DNA of 36,187 nt from Bacteroidota bacterium (GTDB lineage: Bacteria > Bacteroidota > Bacteroidia > Bacteroidales > UBA12077): NCBI GenBank assembly GCA_051746885.1, contig JBNJFN010000002.1, positions 1 through 36,187 of the forward strand, in the 5' to 3' direction. Positions 20,670 through 29,834 of this stretch are shown here, in pieces. Within the stretch, counting starts at the first letter, position 1; each line of letters begins with the position of its first letter. The translations under genes and the position numbers were made by a program. Below the pieces are notes generated by a model that made no database searches, was not told the DNA's origin, and was given only the letters and a program-made list of their open reading frames with translations.

Positions 20670-21434
20670 ATGGAGTGGTATCTCGTTCTTGCCGTAATCG
20701 GAGTGGGTTTTCTCGCCGGATTCATTAATACTCTTGCCGGTAGTGGGTCCCTGTTAACCCTTCCTATGCTCATGTTTTTGGGATTGCCTGCTAATGTAGC
20801 CAATGGGACTAACAGGATTGCGATTTTTCTGCAAAATGTAGTGGGAGTTGGTAGTTTCCGTCAACAGAAAGTGTTGAATGTACGAATGGGATTATGGCTT
20901 GCACTGCCTGCTGTGGCCGGCTCGCTCCTGGGTGCCCAGATTGCCATTGGGCTACAGGAAGCGATTATGGAACGGGTTATTGGCATTCTGTTGATTGTTA
21001 TGTTTTTTCTGATTCTATATAAACCCGCTCAATGGGTGAAGGAACATTCCGGCCATGTGAGATCAAAACCCAGTACGCTTCAGTTCATCATCTTTTTTGT
21101 AATTGGTATATACGGAGGATTTATTCAGGCGGGTGTTGGGATATTTCTGCTGGCCGGCCTGGTGCTTGGAGCCGGGTTTGACGTAGTAAAGGCCAATGCT
21201 ATAAAATTGCTGATAATATTGATTTATACTCCCTTTGCGCTGGCCATTTTTTTCATGAATGATCAGGTCAACTGGAAGATAGGACTGATTCTGGCACTGG
21301 GTAATATGCTTGGTGCATTTGTAGCATCCCGGTTTGCCGTGTCATGGGGTACCAGGTATGTCCGATATGTCTTGCTTCTGGTAATTTTTGGCTCAGCACT
21401 GAAACTTCTGGGTGTTTTCGATCTGGTTTTCTGA
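20670..21434 (+). CDS. TauE/SafE family sulfite/anion exporter
   Basis: Polytopic protein of about 254 aa with the duplicated G-rich TM pattern of TauE/SafE (FLAGFINTLAGSGSLLTLP, GIYGGFIQAGVG). The ATG at 20670 is preferred over the TTG at 20664. Confidence 0.75.
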   Translation: MEWYLVLAVIGVGFLAGFINTLAGSGSLLTLPMLMFLGLPANVANGTNRIAIFLQNVVGVGSFRQQKVLNVRMGLWLALPAVAGSLLGAQIAIGLQEAIMERVIGILLIVMFFLILYKPAQWVKEHSGHVRSKPSTLQFIIFFVIGIYGGFIQAGVGIFLLAGLVLGAGFDVVKANAIKLLIILIYTPFALAIFFMNDQVNWKIGLILALGNMLGAFVASRFAVSWGTRYVRYVLLLVIFGSALKLLGVFDLVF

Positions 21435-21445
21435 TTCCATCAGGT

Positions 21446-22783
21446 TTATTTGTCTTCTCTGTTCACGTTCTCAGCTTTAAAAGATAGTATGAGCAAAACA
21501 ACCACAATACCCAGACAAATTAATGTGCTGGTAGTGTAATTACCGGTAAAATCGTGCGAGAGACTGAAAAAATAGGGGCCAATTGAGCTTGCAACAACCG
21601 ACCAGCCTAAAGCATAACCCGAAATAGAACCCAAATTGCCTATTCCAAAAAATCGAGGCCACGTGACCGCTGAGAGCACACTGAAAAGGCCCATAGAAAC
21701 CCCGTATCCTATAATCACCAGCCAATATCCTAGCGGTATTGATTTTAAGAGAATTATTGAAAGCAGGGTAACCAATAAACCGGTTAGATGGACAATTAAC
21801 AGGTATTTGAGTTTGGTGAAATCGCTCAACCAACTGCTGCCAAAATTCAGAATGACAGAGATGATGGAACCGGGGAGAAAAATAGAAACTGCTTTTTCCT
21901 GGCTCATCCCCGCCACTTCAAAAATCGATGCAATATGAAAAGTTAATGCAGTGACAATTAAAGCATGCATAGCAAGGGAAATGTTAAACACCCAAAAAGA
22001 GTATGTTCTTTGGGCCTCTTTCAGTGTAAAATCTTTTAATCTGTATTTGGATTTTGATTTGTGCTTTGCAGACAGATCTTTTTTAGTGCCATCAATGAAA
22101 CAATTGCACTGTTCGGGATTGTCCCGGTAGAACGCAAGCACCATCAAAGGTACCCCTACACCAACAATAAGTGCGGTAAGCATCCATGTTTGGCGCCATC
22201 CCATTATATTGATCCCGCTATTGAATATTTGAGGGGCCATCGAAAAAGAAAAAGCAATGAATATGCCCAAAAATCCATTGGCCAGCCCCCGCCGGTTTTC
22301 GAACCATTTCATAACCATATTTCTGCTGGTCATCGTAAGAACGCCCTGACCAAAGAATCGGAGTGTAAAAAACCCGACAACGCAAAGCACTATGGTTATT
22401 ATGGTTTTGTTGATTACAGGAAATGCGTGTTTTATGGAAGAAGCTATAAAATCCAGATTTGTCAGATATATCAGAACGAGGCCAATCATTATAGCAGATA
22501 GTATAGCTATGATCCTTGCACCGTAAATATCATAAAGCTTTCCGGCTCTGCTGACAAGCAGTCCGCTTATAAGCGTGCCGCCCATATATGCCATGCTTAA
22601 TTGATTCCTGGTAAGGCCGAAGTCTTCTATTAAATAATCGGTAAATGCCGAAACACCAATGGTCTGGCCCGGTACGCTCATCACAAAGCCAATGGTCCCT
22701 ACCACCAGTATCATCCAGGCATACGGGAAAGGAAACCTGGAGGGATCAAAGGGAAACCCGGGCTTGATGATTTCTTTTCTCAT
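21446..22783 (-). CDS. MFS transporter
   Basis: 445-aa polytopic ORF of about 12 TM segments with a central hydrophilic loop. Substrate is unknown. Confidence 0.7.
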   Translation of the reverse strand: MRKEIIKPGFPFDPSRFPFPYAWMILVVGTIGFVMSVPGQTIGVSAFTDYLIEDFGLTRNQLSMAYMGGTLISGLLVSRAGKLYDIYGARIIAILSAIMIGLVLIYLTNLDFIASSIKHAFPVINKTIITIVLCVVGFFTLRFFGQGVLTMTSRNMVMKWFENRRGLANGFLGIFIAFSFSMAPQIFNSGINIMGWRQTWMLTALIVGVGVPLMVLAFYRDNPEQCNCFIDGTKKDLSAKHKSKSKYRLKDFTLKEAQRTYSFWVFNISLAMHALIVTALTFHIASIFEVAGMSQEKAVSIFLPGSIISVILNFGSSWLSDFTKLKYLLIVHLTGLLVTLLSIILLKSIPLGYWLVIIGYGVSMGLFSVLSAVTWPRFFGIGNLGSISGYALGWSVVASSIGPYFFSLSHDFTGNYTTSTLICLGIVVVLLILSFKAENVNREDK

Positions 22784-23205
22784 AAGATGTGAATTTGGCT
22801 CTGCAAAGAAAAAAAAAGATCAGGTACCGGATATAATTTTATTTCGAAAAAGTTATTCCGGGAGATCATTCGGATGCTATAAACAGGGGAATGAGCAAAG
22901 ATTTGAAATGCTTTTTGGGTTTGAGATTTATAGCTGCAGGGGCGTATTCTGTCAAGTACTGACTGTCGAAATTGTCCGGGAAGTAAAAAGAGTTTAAGAC
23001 AGAAACTTAAATAAAATATTAGTCAATTCCTCTTTATCTTTGTTATGGAAGGAAGTAATCTTATGATCTCTTATTATTCGCCGGATTTTATCCTTTTCAA
23101 GCAACATGAATTGTTAGTTGTGATTGGTTATTTCTCAATACAAAGATACAGAAAAAACGGATAAAATGTTAAATGATCAAATTATTAGATTGTGGATTCA
23201 CAAAA

Positions 23206-23345
23206 CTCACTACTGTTCTCATCTTCTCCCTTTCTCATTTTCCCGTCTTTTCCTTTTCTCCTCTTCCCGTCTTCCTTATCTCCCCCTTTATTTCCCTTCG
23301 TTCCTTCGTGCTCTCATTCCGTCGTGCCGTCGTTCCTCAATCTCC
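23206..23345. repeat. Polypyrimidine (+ strand) / polypurine (- strand) low-complexity tract
   Basis: By hand count there are only 17 purines in the 120 nt 23221-23340. The tract contains short internal duplications (TTCCCGTCTT x2, CCTTCGT x2, CCGTCGT x2). Confidence 0.85.
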
Positions 23346-23366
23346 GAGACGCAAGCATTGCGTCTC
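23346..23366. repeat. Perfect 9-bp inverted repeat GAGACGCAA-GCA-TTGCGTCTC
   Basis: Read directly from the sequence. It lies 135 nt downstream of the gltD stop, with no U-tract on either strand. Confidence 0.85.
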
Positions 23367-23500
23367 TACTGCTGCACCAGTATCCATATAACTCACTTCT
23401 CGTCTTTCCTTCTTCCTTTTATTCACTATATAAAACCCACACTTCTTGTTGTCTGTCGCTTCAAAATAACATTCAAACTCTTCGTCAAACATTCAAACGT

Positions 23501-24925
23501 TCAAATTTTTCCCAGATACGCATCAATATTCCGGGCTGCCTGTATACCCGAATAGATTGCTGTTACAACAAGGTTTGCTCCCTCCAGGGCGTCTCCGGCC
23601 ACGAATACTTTATCTATCGAAGTTTGCAGGTTGTTGTCTCCTTTAACATTGCCCCGGTCATCGTATTCGACCTTCAGATTATTCAACAATCCTTCATGCA
23701 CGGGATGGACAAAACCCATAGCCAGCAATACCAGATCGGCTTTAATGGTTCTTTTGCTCGATTCAATTTCTTTCATCTGCATACGGCCATTTTTATCCTT
23801 TTGCCAGGTGATGTCAACAATTTCGATTTCTTTTACCCTGTTATCCGATCCTATAAATTTTTTGCTGGCTACGCTCCACATACGCTGACAACCTTCTTCA
23901 TGGGACGATGAGGTCTTTAGCGTTTTTTGCGGCCAGGGCCAGTTGGCATTCGGGCCTTTATTTCCCGGCGGTTTGGGTAAAATTTCCAGTTGGGTAACGC
24001 TTTGGGCTCCCTGGCGGTTTGCTGTGCCTACACAATCAGAACCTGTATCACCTCCGCCAATGACTACCACATGTTTGTTTTTGGCATGAATTTGAGTTTC
24101 CCCGTTTGATGAATGTTTCCGCACCAACCTGTTTTGATGGGAAAGAAAATCCATAGCAAAGTGAATACCGCCTAGATCGCGCCCGGGTATTTTTAGATCT
24201 CTTGGCTCGCCGGCGCCCACAGCCAGGCAGATGGCATCAAATGAATGTAACAGGTCATTGGCAGAGATATCCTTTCCCACTTCCACACTTGGGCGGAATG
24301 AAATTCCTTCTTCTTCCAGTATGTGCAATCTGCGGTCAATAACCTTTTTGTTTAGCTTAAAGTCGGGTATTCCATAACGTAAAAGCCCTCCTGCCGCATC
24401 ATCCTTTTCAAAGACTTCTACCCGGTATCCTCTGCGATTGAGTCTGGCAGCAGCAGATAATCCGGAGGGCCCGGATCCGATGACCGCCACTTTTTTGTTT
24501 TTACGGACCAATGGCGGGCGGGGTTTGATAAGTCCGTCAGCAAATGCACGTTCTGCTATCGCCGCTTCGTTTTCACGGATAGTAACCGAATCGTCATTAA
24601 TGGCAAGGGTGCAACTGATTTCACAGGGAGCAGGGCAAACCCTTCCTGTAAATTCGGGAAAATCATTGGAAGCATGAAGTATGTCGCTGGCTTCTTGCCA
24701 GTCACCCCGGTACATGGCGTCCTGCCAATCGGGTATATTGTGGTGCACCGGACAGGCCCAGTGGCAAAACGGCACCCCGCAATCCATACACCTGGAAGCT
24801 TGTAGCTTACGGTCTTCAGTATTCAATGTCTGTTCCACCTCTCCGTTGTCATGAATACGTTCATGTATGGGCCGGTTTCCGGCTTCTTTTCTTCTTATGT
24901 TGATAAATCCTTTTGGATCGCCCAT
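23501..24925 (-). CDS. gltD: Glutamate synthase (NADPH) small subunit
   Basis: 474 aa with an N-terminal Fe-S cysteine cluster (CMDCGVPFCHWACP...CPAPCEISC) and dinucleotide folds VAVIGSGPSGLSAA and VVVIGGGDTGSDC. Confidence 0.93.
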   Translation of the reverse strand: MGDPKGFINIRRKEAGNRPIHERIHDNGEVEQTLNTEDRKLQASRCMDCGVPFCHWACPVHHNIPDWQDAMYRGDWQEASDILHASNDFPEFTGRVCPAPCEISCTLAINDDSVTIRENEAAIAERAFADGLIKPRPPLVRKNKKVAVIGSGPSGLSAAARLNRRGYRVEVFEKDDAAGGLLRYGIPDFKLNKKVIDRRLHILEEEGISFRPSVEVGKDISANDLLHSFDAICLAVGAGEPRDLKIPGRDLGGIHFAMDFLSHQNRLVRKHSSNGETQIHAKNKHVVVIGGGDTGSDCVGTANRQGAQSVTQLEILPKPPGNKGPNANWPWPQKTLKTSSSHEEGCQRMWSVASKKFIGSDNRVKEIEIVDITWQKDKNGRMQMKEIESSKRTIKADLVLLAMGFVHPVHEGLLNNLKVEYDDRGNVKGDNNLQTSIDKVFVAGDALEGANLVVTAIYSGIQAARNIDAYLGKI

Positions 24926-24946
24926 TTTTAGTTGATTTTAAGTGTT

Positions 24947-27900
24947 TTATTCATGTTCTGGAAGATATTTATTGATCTTCTGGTTCAATTCCTGAATCTT
25001 TTTCTCCTCAATATATCTTTTGTATTCAAAAGGTATAACCTTGATGAAATCCTTCAGGCTTTCCTCCCAGTCATTGAGAATCTGGTCTGCAAGCTTGCTG
25101 CCGGTGTATTGATAATGGTTCCGGATCAGTTGTTTTAAGGTGATGAGGTCATCAAAATCCTCAATGATTTCCAGGTTAACCATTTCCATATTGCAGAAAT
25201 AATCCAGGTTCCCTTTAGGATTATATACATAGGCCACTCCACCGCTCATTCCGGCGGCCATATTTCTTCCAACTTCTCCAAGTACCACTGCTACTCCACC
25301 TGTCATGTATTCGCAGCAATGATCTCCTGCTCCTTCCACCACTGCAGTAGCCCCGCTGTTTCGCACACAGAAACGTTCCCCACACAGTCCGTTGATGTAA
25401 ACTTCTCCTCCTGTGGCCCCATAGAGTGTGGTATTTCCGATTATGATATTTTTAGCAGGTTGAAAGGCAGCATCATCAGAAGCCTTTACAATGATTTTAC
25501 CGCCGGATAGCCCTTTTCCCATGTAATCATTGGACTGGCCTTCCAACCTGAAGGTGATGCCTGATTTTAGAAATGCTCCGAAACTCTGCCCCGCTGATCC
25601 TTTAAAGTTGCAGTTTATGGTGTCGTCAGAAAGTCCTTTTTCTCCGTAGATTTTATCTACCTGGTAGGAGAGCATGGCCCCTGTGGCACGGTCGGTATTT
25701 TTTATTTCATGGCTGATATGTACAGGGTTCTCTGACCGCAATGCAGGCCCGGCTTCCTCAATGAGACGGCGATCCAGAAGATCATCAGGAAGCGGTTTCT
25801 GGCTTATTGATTTTCGGATGCCGAATTTCTTTGCTTCCGGTGGAAAATGGGTGATATCATTTAGTGAAATGTTCCTTAGTTTCCAGTGATCGACATCCTT
25901 TCGCTGAAGGAGCAGGTCAGATCTTCCGATGATGTCTTCCATCTTTGTAAAGCCCAGTTCCGCGAGATACTGCCTGATCTCTTCAGCCAAAAATCTGAAG
26001 TAATTAATCACATGCTCGGGACGGCCCGTAAACCGTTCCCTTAATTTGGGATCCTGTGTACACACACCCACTGAGCAAGTATTCATATTACATTTTCTTA
26101 ATAATATGCATCCCACGGTTACCAATGCTCCGGTGGCGAAGCCATACTCTTCGGCACCCAGCAATGCGGCGGTGACCACGTCCCGTCCTGTTTTGAGCTG
26201 TCCGTCGGTATAAAGCACCACCCGGTCTCTGAGATTGTTTTTAACAAGCGTTTGCTGGGTTTCCGATAATCCAATTTCCATAGGTAATCCGGCATGGAGG
26301 ATGGAGCTGAGCGGGCTGGCGCCTGTTCCACCTTCAGCACCACTTATGGAGATCGAATCGGCACCGCCTTTGGCTACGCCCGCTGCTACAGTACCAACAC
26401 CAAACTCAGATACCAGTTTTACGTTGATCTTAGCCTCCGGATTGACATTCTTCAGATCGAAAATAAGTTGTGCCAGATCTTCGATTGAGTAAATGTCGTG
26501 ATGGGGTGGGGGAGAGATCAATGTAATGCCCGGAGTGGAATTACGGGTTTTGGCAATAACACTGTCAACTTTGGTTCCGGGCAATTGGCCTCCTTCTCCG
26601 GGCTTTGATCCCTGTGCTATTTTGATTTGTATTTCGTCGGCATTCACCAGATAATGGGTAGTAACCCCAAAACGACCCGAGGCAATCTGTTTGATTGCAC
26701 TTCTTCTGTTTTCCCCGTTTGATGAGACTTGGAAGCGGGTAGGGTCTTCGCCACCTTCGCCGGTGTTGCTTTTACCTCCGATGTAATTCATTGCAACGGC
26801 AAGGGTTTCATGGGCCTCCTTACTCAGGGAACCGAAAGACATGGCTCCGGTGGTGAAGCGTTGCATGATGCTTTCGGCAGATTCTACTTTTTTAATGTCA
26901 ATAGGGTTTCGCCTGAAGTCTAAAAAGCCCCTCAGAAAGCTGGGTGCCTGTGTAAACCGGTCGGATGCCTCTGAAAATTTCTTATATAGGTCCGGGTCGT
27001 TTTTGCGCACTGCATGTTGAAGATAGCCTATGGTTTCCGGATTCCAGGCATGATCTTCTGCCTCATACCGGTAATAGGAAGTACCCTGAAATTCTTTGTT
27101 GAAATTGATTCTTTGGCCGCTAAAAGCTTTTGAATGAGGAATAAGCGTTTCCTGTGCGATTTCATCAAGCCCAAGACCTTCGATGGCAGAGGCCGTTCCC
27201 GTAAAATATTCCCGGATAAATTCCTTATTTAATCCGATGGATTCAAAAAGCTGAGCACCCCGGTAACTCCGCAGAGTGGATGTCCCCATTTTTGACATGA
27301 TCTTGAAGATGCCTTTCCGGATGGCTTTGGTGTAATTGGCTTCTGCCGTATAATAATCCATCTGGACCTTCTGTTCCTTTACCAGTTGGTCTATAACGGC
27401 AAATGCCATATAAGGATTGATGATGCTTGCCCCGTATCCGAACAGCAATGCAAAGTGCATCACTTCGCGAGGTTCTCCGGTTTCGATGACAATATCGATC
27501 TGAATCCGTTTTTGTTTGCTTATCAGATGATGATGCACTGCCGATACAGCCAATAACGAAGGAATAGGGGCTTTGTCTTTATTGATACCCCGGTCGGATA
27601 GAATGATGTAGTCTTTGCCTTCGTCCACCGCTTGTTCGGCTTTGCGGCATATTTCATCCAGTCCTTTTTTGAGCCCCTGGGGACCGGCGTTGGCATCAAA
27701 CAGAATTGGTATGGTGGTTGTGAAAAATCCTTTGTATTTCAGGTTTTTTAATATCTCAAGGTATTTATTGGTTATCACCGGATTGAGGAATTTGATCATC
27801 CTTGCATGATCCGGGATATCATTCAGCAGGTTTTTCTGATGCGAACCGATATAGCCGGTAAGCGTCATGATCACCTCCTCCCGGATGGGATCTATGGCAG

Positions 27901-29485
27901 GGTTCGTGACCTGGGCAAAGTGTTGCCTGAAGTAATTGAAAAGCCGCTGGGGCATTTTTGAAGCCACGGCAAGCGGAGTGTCATTTCCCATCGATCCGAC
28001 CGGTTCTTTTCCCTCACGGGCCATCGGACGTATGATGTTTTTCATCTCATCCATGGTATAGCCGAAGGTGAGCAGTGTTTTATCATGGTTGTCTTTCAGG
28101 GCTACAGGTACGTTCCTGGCAAAAGGGATCTCATCCAGTGTGATCTCGTTTTCCCGAAGCCACTTTGCATAAGGTTTTTGATTGGCCAGTTCTTGTTTTA
28201 CCTCCGGATCATAATGGATTCTGCCTTCATGGGTGTCTACCAGCAGAATTTTCCCCGGTCTCAGACGGCCTTTTTCCTTGACGTTTTTGTCCGGTATCTC
28301 CAGTACACCTACTTCCGAGCTCATGATCATCATATCATCATCCGTGAGTAAGTAGCGGGAAGGCCTCAGGCCATTACGGTCAAGCAACCCGCCGATGAAC
28401 CTTCCGTCGGTGAAAAGAATCGCTGCAGGCCCGTCCCAGGGTTCCATGAAGGTGGAATGGTATTCATAAAAAGCTTTAACATTATCCGGGATGGGATTCC
28501 GGGTGTTCCATGACTCAGGTATGAGCATGGCCATGGCATGGGGCAGCGTTTTACCTGATTGTACAAGGAATTCCAGTGTGTTATCCAGAGCTGCCGAGTC
28601 ACTTTTTTCAGGCTGTATAACAGGTAGCACTTCGTTTATGTCGTCTCCCAGCATATCAGACTTCAGCAGTGAGGAACGCGCATGCATCCAGTATTTGTTG
28701 CCCTGCACCGAATTGATCTCCCCGTTATGGCAAAGCATCCGGAAAGGCTGGGCCAGATCCCATGTAGGGAAGGTGTTGGTGCTGTATCGGGAATGCACCA
28801 AGGCGATCGCACTTGTAGTATCCGGATCAGTCAGGTCCTTATAAAAATTTTTCAACTGAAGAGAGGTGAATAATCCTTTATAAATAACCACCTTTGAGGA
28901 AAGGCTTACTACATAGAAACGTTCTTTATCTTTTAGCTTAGAGGCTTCAATGATTTTTTCCAGCTTTCTCCGAAGGATATAAAGTTTTCTTTCCAGTATT
29001 TCCTGGGAAAGATCTGCTTTAAGAAATACCTGGCGGATGATGGGTTGTTCTTGTTTGGCCAGGTCGCCTATTTCATTTGAATCTATCGGTACTTCCCGGG
29101 TTTGGATGAACTCCAGGCCCAGTCCTTCTGCCAGTTCTTTTAGTTGATTCAGACAGTATTGGGCTTCCTTTTCGTTCTGTGGTAAAAAGAGTATGCCGGT
29201 TCCGAATTTTCCCGCTTCTGGAAGTTCTATACCTTGGTTTACATAGTATTCCCTGGGAATTTGAATGGTAATGCCAGCCCCATCACCGGTATTGCTGTCT
29301 GCCCCTTCCGCTCCTCTGTGCCGAAGATTGGCAAGTACTTCCAAACCTTTTTCTACAATACCGTGGGATTTCTCGCCCTTTGCATGGGCTACGAAACCAA
29401 TCCCGCAATTATCGTGCTCATTCTGGCGGTTATACAAACCGCTGTTTTGAGGTAAGTAAGCCATAAGTTTTTGTTTTTTATACAC
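24947..29485 (-). CDS. gltB: Glutamate synthase large subunit
   Basis: 1512 aa with the Ntn-amidotransferase catalytic Cys in EHDNCGIGFVAH, an FMN/3Fe-4S central domain and a C-terminal GXGXG beta-helix domain. An alternative ATG at 29464 (MAYLPQN) is equally possible. Confidence 0.95.
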   Translation of the reverse strand: MYKKQKLMAYLPQNSGLYNRQNEHDNCGIGFVAHAKGEKSHGIVEKGLEVLANLRHRGAEGADSNTGDGAGITIQIPREYYVNQGIELPEAGKFGTGILFLPQNEKEAQYCLNQLKELAEGLGLEFIQTREVPIDSNEIGDLAKQEQPIIRQVFLKADLSQEILERKLYILRRKLEKIIEASKLKDKERFYVVSLSSKVVIYKGLFTSLQLKNFYKDLTDPDTTSAIALVHSRYSTNTFPTWDLAQPFRMLCHNGEINSVQGNKYWMHARSSLLKSDMLGDDINEVLPVIQPEKSDSAALDNTLEFLVQSGKTLPHAMAMLIPESWNTRNPIPDNVKAFYEYHSTFMEPWDGPAAILFTDGRFIGGLLDRNGLRPSRYLLTDDDMMIMSSEVGVLEIPDKNVKEKGRLRPGKILLVDTHEGRIHYDPEVKQELANQKPYAKWLRENEITLDEIPFARNVPVALKDNHDKTLLTFGYTMDEMKNIIRPMAREGKEPVGSMGNDTPLAVASKMPQRLFNYFRQHFAQVTNPAIDPIREEVIMTLTGYIGSHQKNLLNDIPDHARMIKFLNPVITNKYLEILKNLKYKGFFTTTIPILFDANAGPQGLKKGLDEICRKAEQAVDEGKDYIILSDRGINKDKAPIPSLLAVSAVHHHLISKQKRIQIDIVIETGEPREVMHFALLFGYGASIINPYMAFAVIDQLVKEQKVQMDYYTAEANYTKAIRKGIFKIMSKMGTSTLRSYRGAQLFESIGLNKEFIREYFTGTASAIEGLGLDEIAQETLIPHSKAFSGQRINFNKEFQGTSYYRYEAEDHAWNPETIGYLQHAVRKNDPDLYKKFSEASDRFTQAPSFLRGFLDFRRNPIDIKKVESAESIMQRFTTGAMSFGSLSKEAHETLAVAMNYIGGKSNTGEGGEDPTRFQVSSNGENRRSAIKQIASGRFGVTTHYLVNADEIQIKIAQGSKPGEGGQLPGTKVDSVIAKTRNSTPGITLISPPPHHDIYSIEDLAQLIFDLKNVNPEAKINVKLVSEFGVGTVAAGVAKGGADSISISGAEGGTGASPLSSILHAGLPMEIGLSETQQTLVKNNLRDRVVLYTDGQLKTGRDVVTAALLGAEEYGFATGALVTVGCILLRKCNMNTCSVGVCTQDPKLRERFTGRPEHVINYFRFLAEEIRQYLAELGFTKMEDIIGRSDLLLQRKDVDHWKLRNISLNDITHFPPEAKKFGIRKSISQKPLPDDLLDRRLIEEAGPALRSENPVHISHEIKNTDRATGAMLSYQVDKIYGEKGLSDDTINCNFKGSAGQSFGAFLKSGITFRLEGQSNDYMGKGLSGGKIIVKASDDAAFQPAKNIIIGNTTLYGATGGEVYINGLCGERFCVRNSGATAVVEGAGDHCCEYMTGGVAVVLGEVGRNMAAGMSGGVAYVYNPKGNLDYFCNMEMVNLEIIEDFDDLITLKQLIRNHYQYTGSKLADQILNDWEESLKDFIKVIPFEYKRYIEEKKIQELNQKINKYLPEHE

Positions 29486-29613
29486 GTAATTGGACCCCTT
29501 TCTCCTATAAACAAATTTTTGGAATCAATTGATTTATAAGAGCGCAATTTTCTTTATTGATTTGAAGGGGAAGGTCTCCTAACTGAAGCGGAGATTATAT
29601 TCACATTAGCTTT

Positions 29614-29621
29614 CAAAAGTA
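29614..29621 (-). promoter_or_regulatory. Candidate Bacteroidota -7 box (TACTTTTG on minus strand) for gltBD
   Basis: This is the only exact TAnnTTTG match I found on the minus strand between glnA and gltB. It would give a leader of about 120-140 nt. Confidence 0.25.
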
Positions 29622-29740
29622 AAAAGAATATGTTAGAAAACATAATAGATCTTATTAAAAGATGAGGGTATCCAAAAAAGATCACAATATAAATTTCAAG
29701 CACCAAATCACAGAACAATATTCATTTACAGTTTAAATAA

Positions 29741-29784
29741 TCCCGGGAGCTGCCTGAAAAAGCTAGTTTCAGGCAGCTCCGGGA
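29741..29784 (-). terminator. Long hairpin terminator downstream of glnA
   Basis: TCCCGGGAGCTGCCTGAAA - AAGCTAG - TTTCAGGCAGCTCCGGGA gives an 18-bp stem with a one-nt bulge. It starts 50 nt after the glnA stop and is followed on the minus strand by TTATTTAAA. Confidence 0.6.
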
Positions 29785-29834
29785 TCATCATTCTTGTTGG
29801 ACTGACCGGATGATCAATTTAACCCGGTATTGAA

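Noticed and set aside
22994-23107. 37-codon minus-strand ORF (MLLEKDKIRRIIRDHKITSFHNKDKEELTNILFKFLS) in the spacer upstream of the MFS gene
   Set aside because: It is too short, has no recognisable family or leader-peptide logic, and has no supporting promoter or terminator signal that I can see.
23124-23911. Long + strand ORFs 23124-23555 (143 aa) and 23192-23911 (239 aa)
   Set aside because: Their translations are Ser/Pro/Phe/Leu low complexity produced by the polypyrimidine tract. The second runs antisense into the well-supported gltD gene. They are treated as artefacts.
24947-29485. Numerous 60-120-aa ORFs on the opposite strand or in other frames inside gltB, the S9 peptidase, the TonB receptor, the M3 peptidase and others
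   Set aside because: All are nested within long ORFs that have clear family motifs. They have no independent signals and are treated as frame-shadow ORFs.
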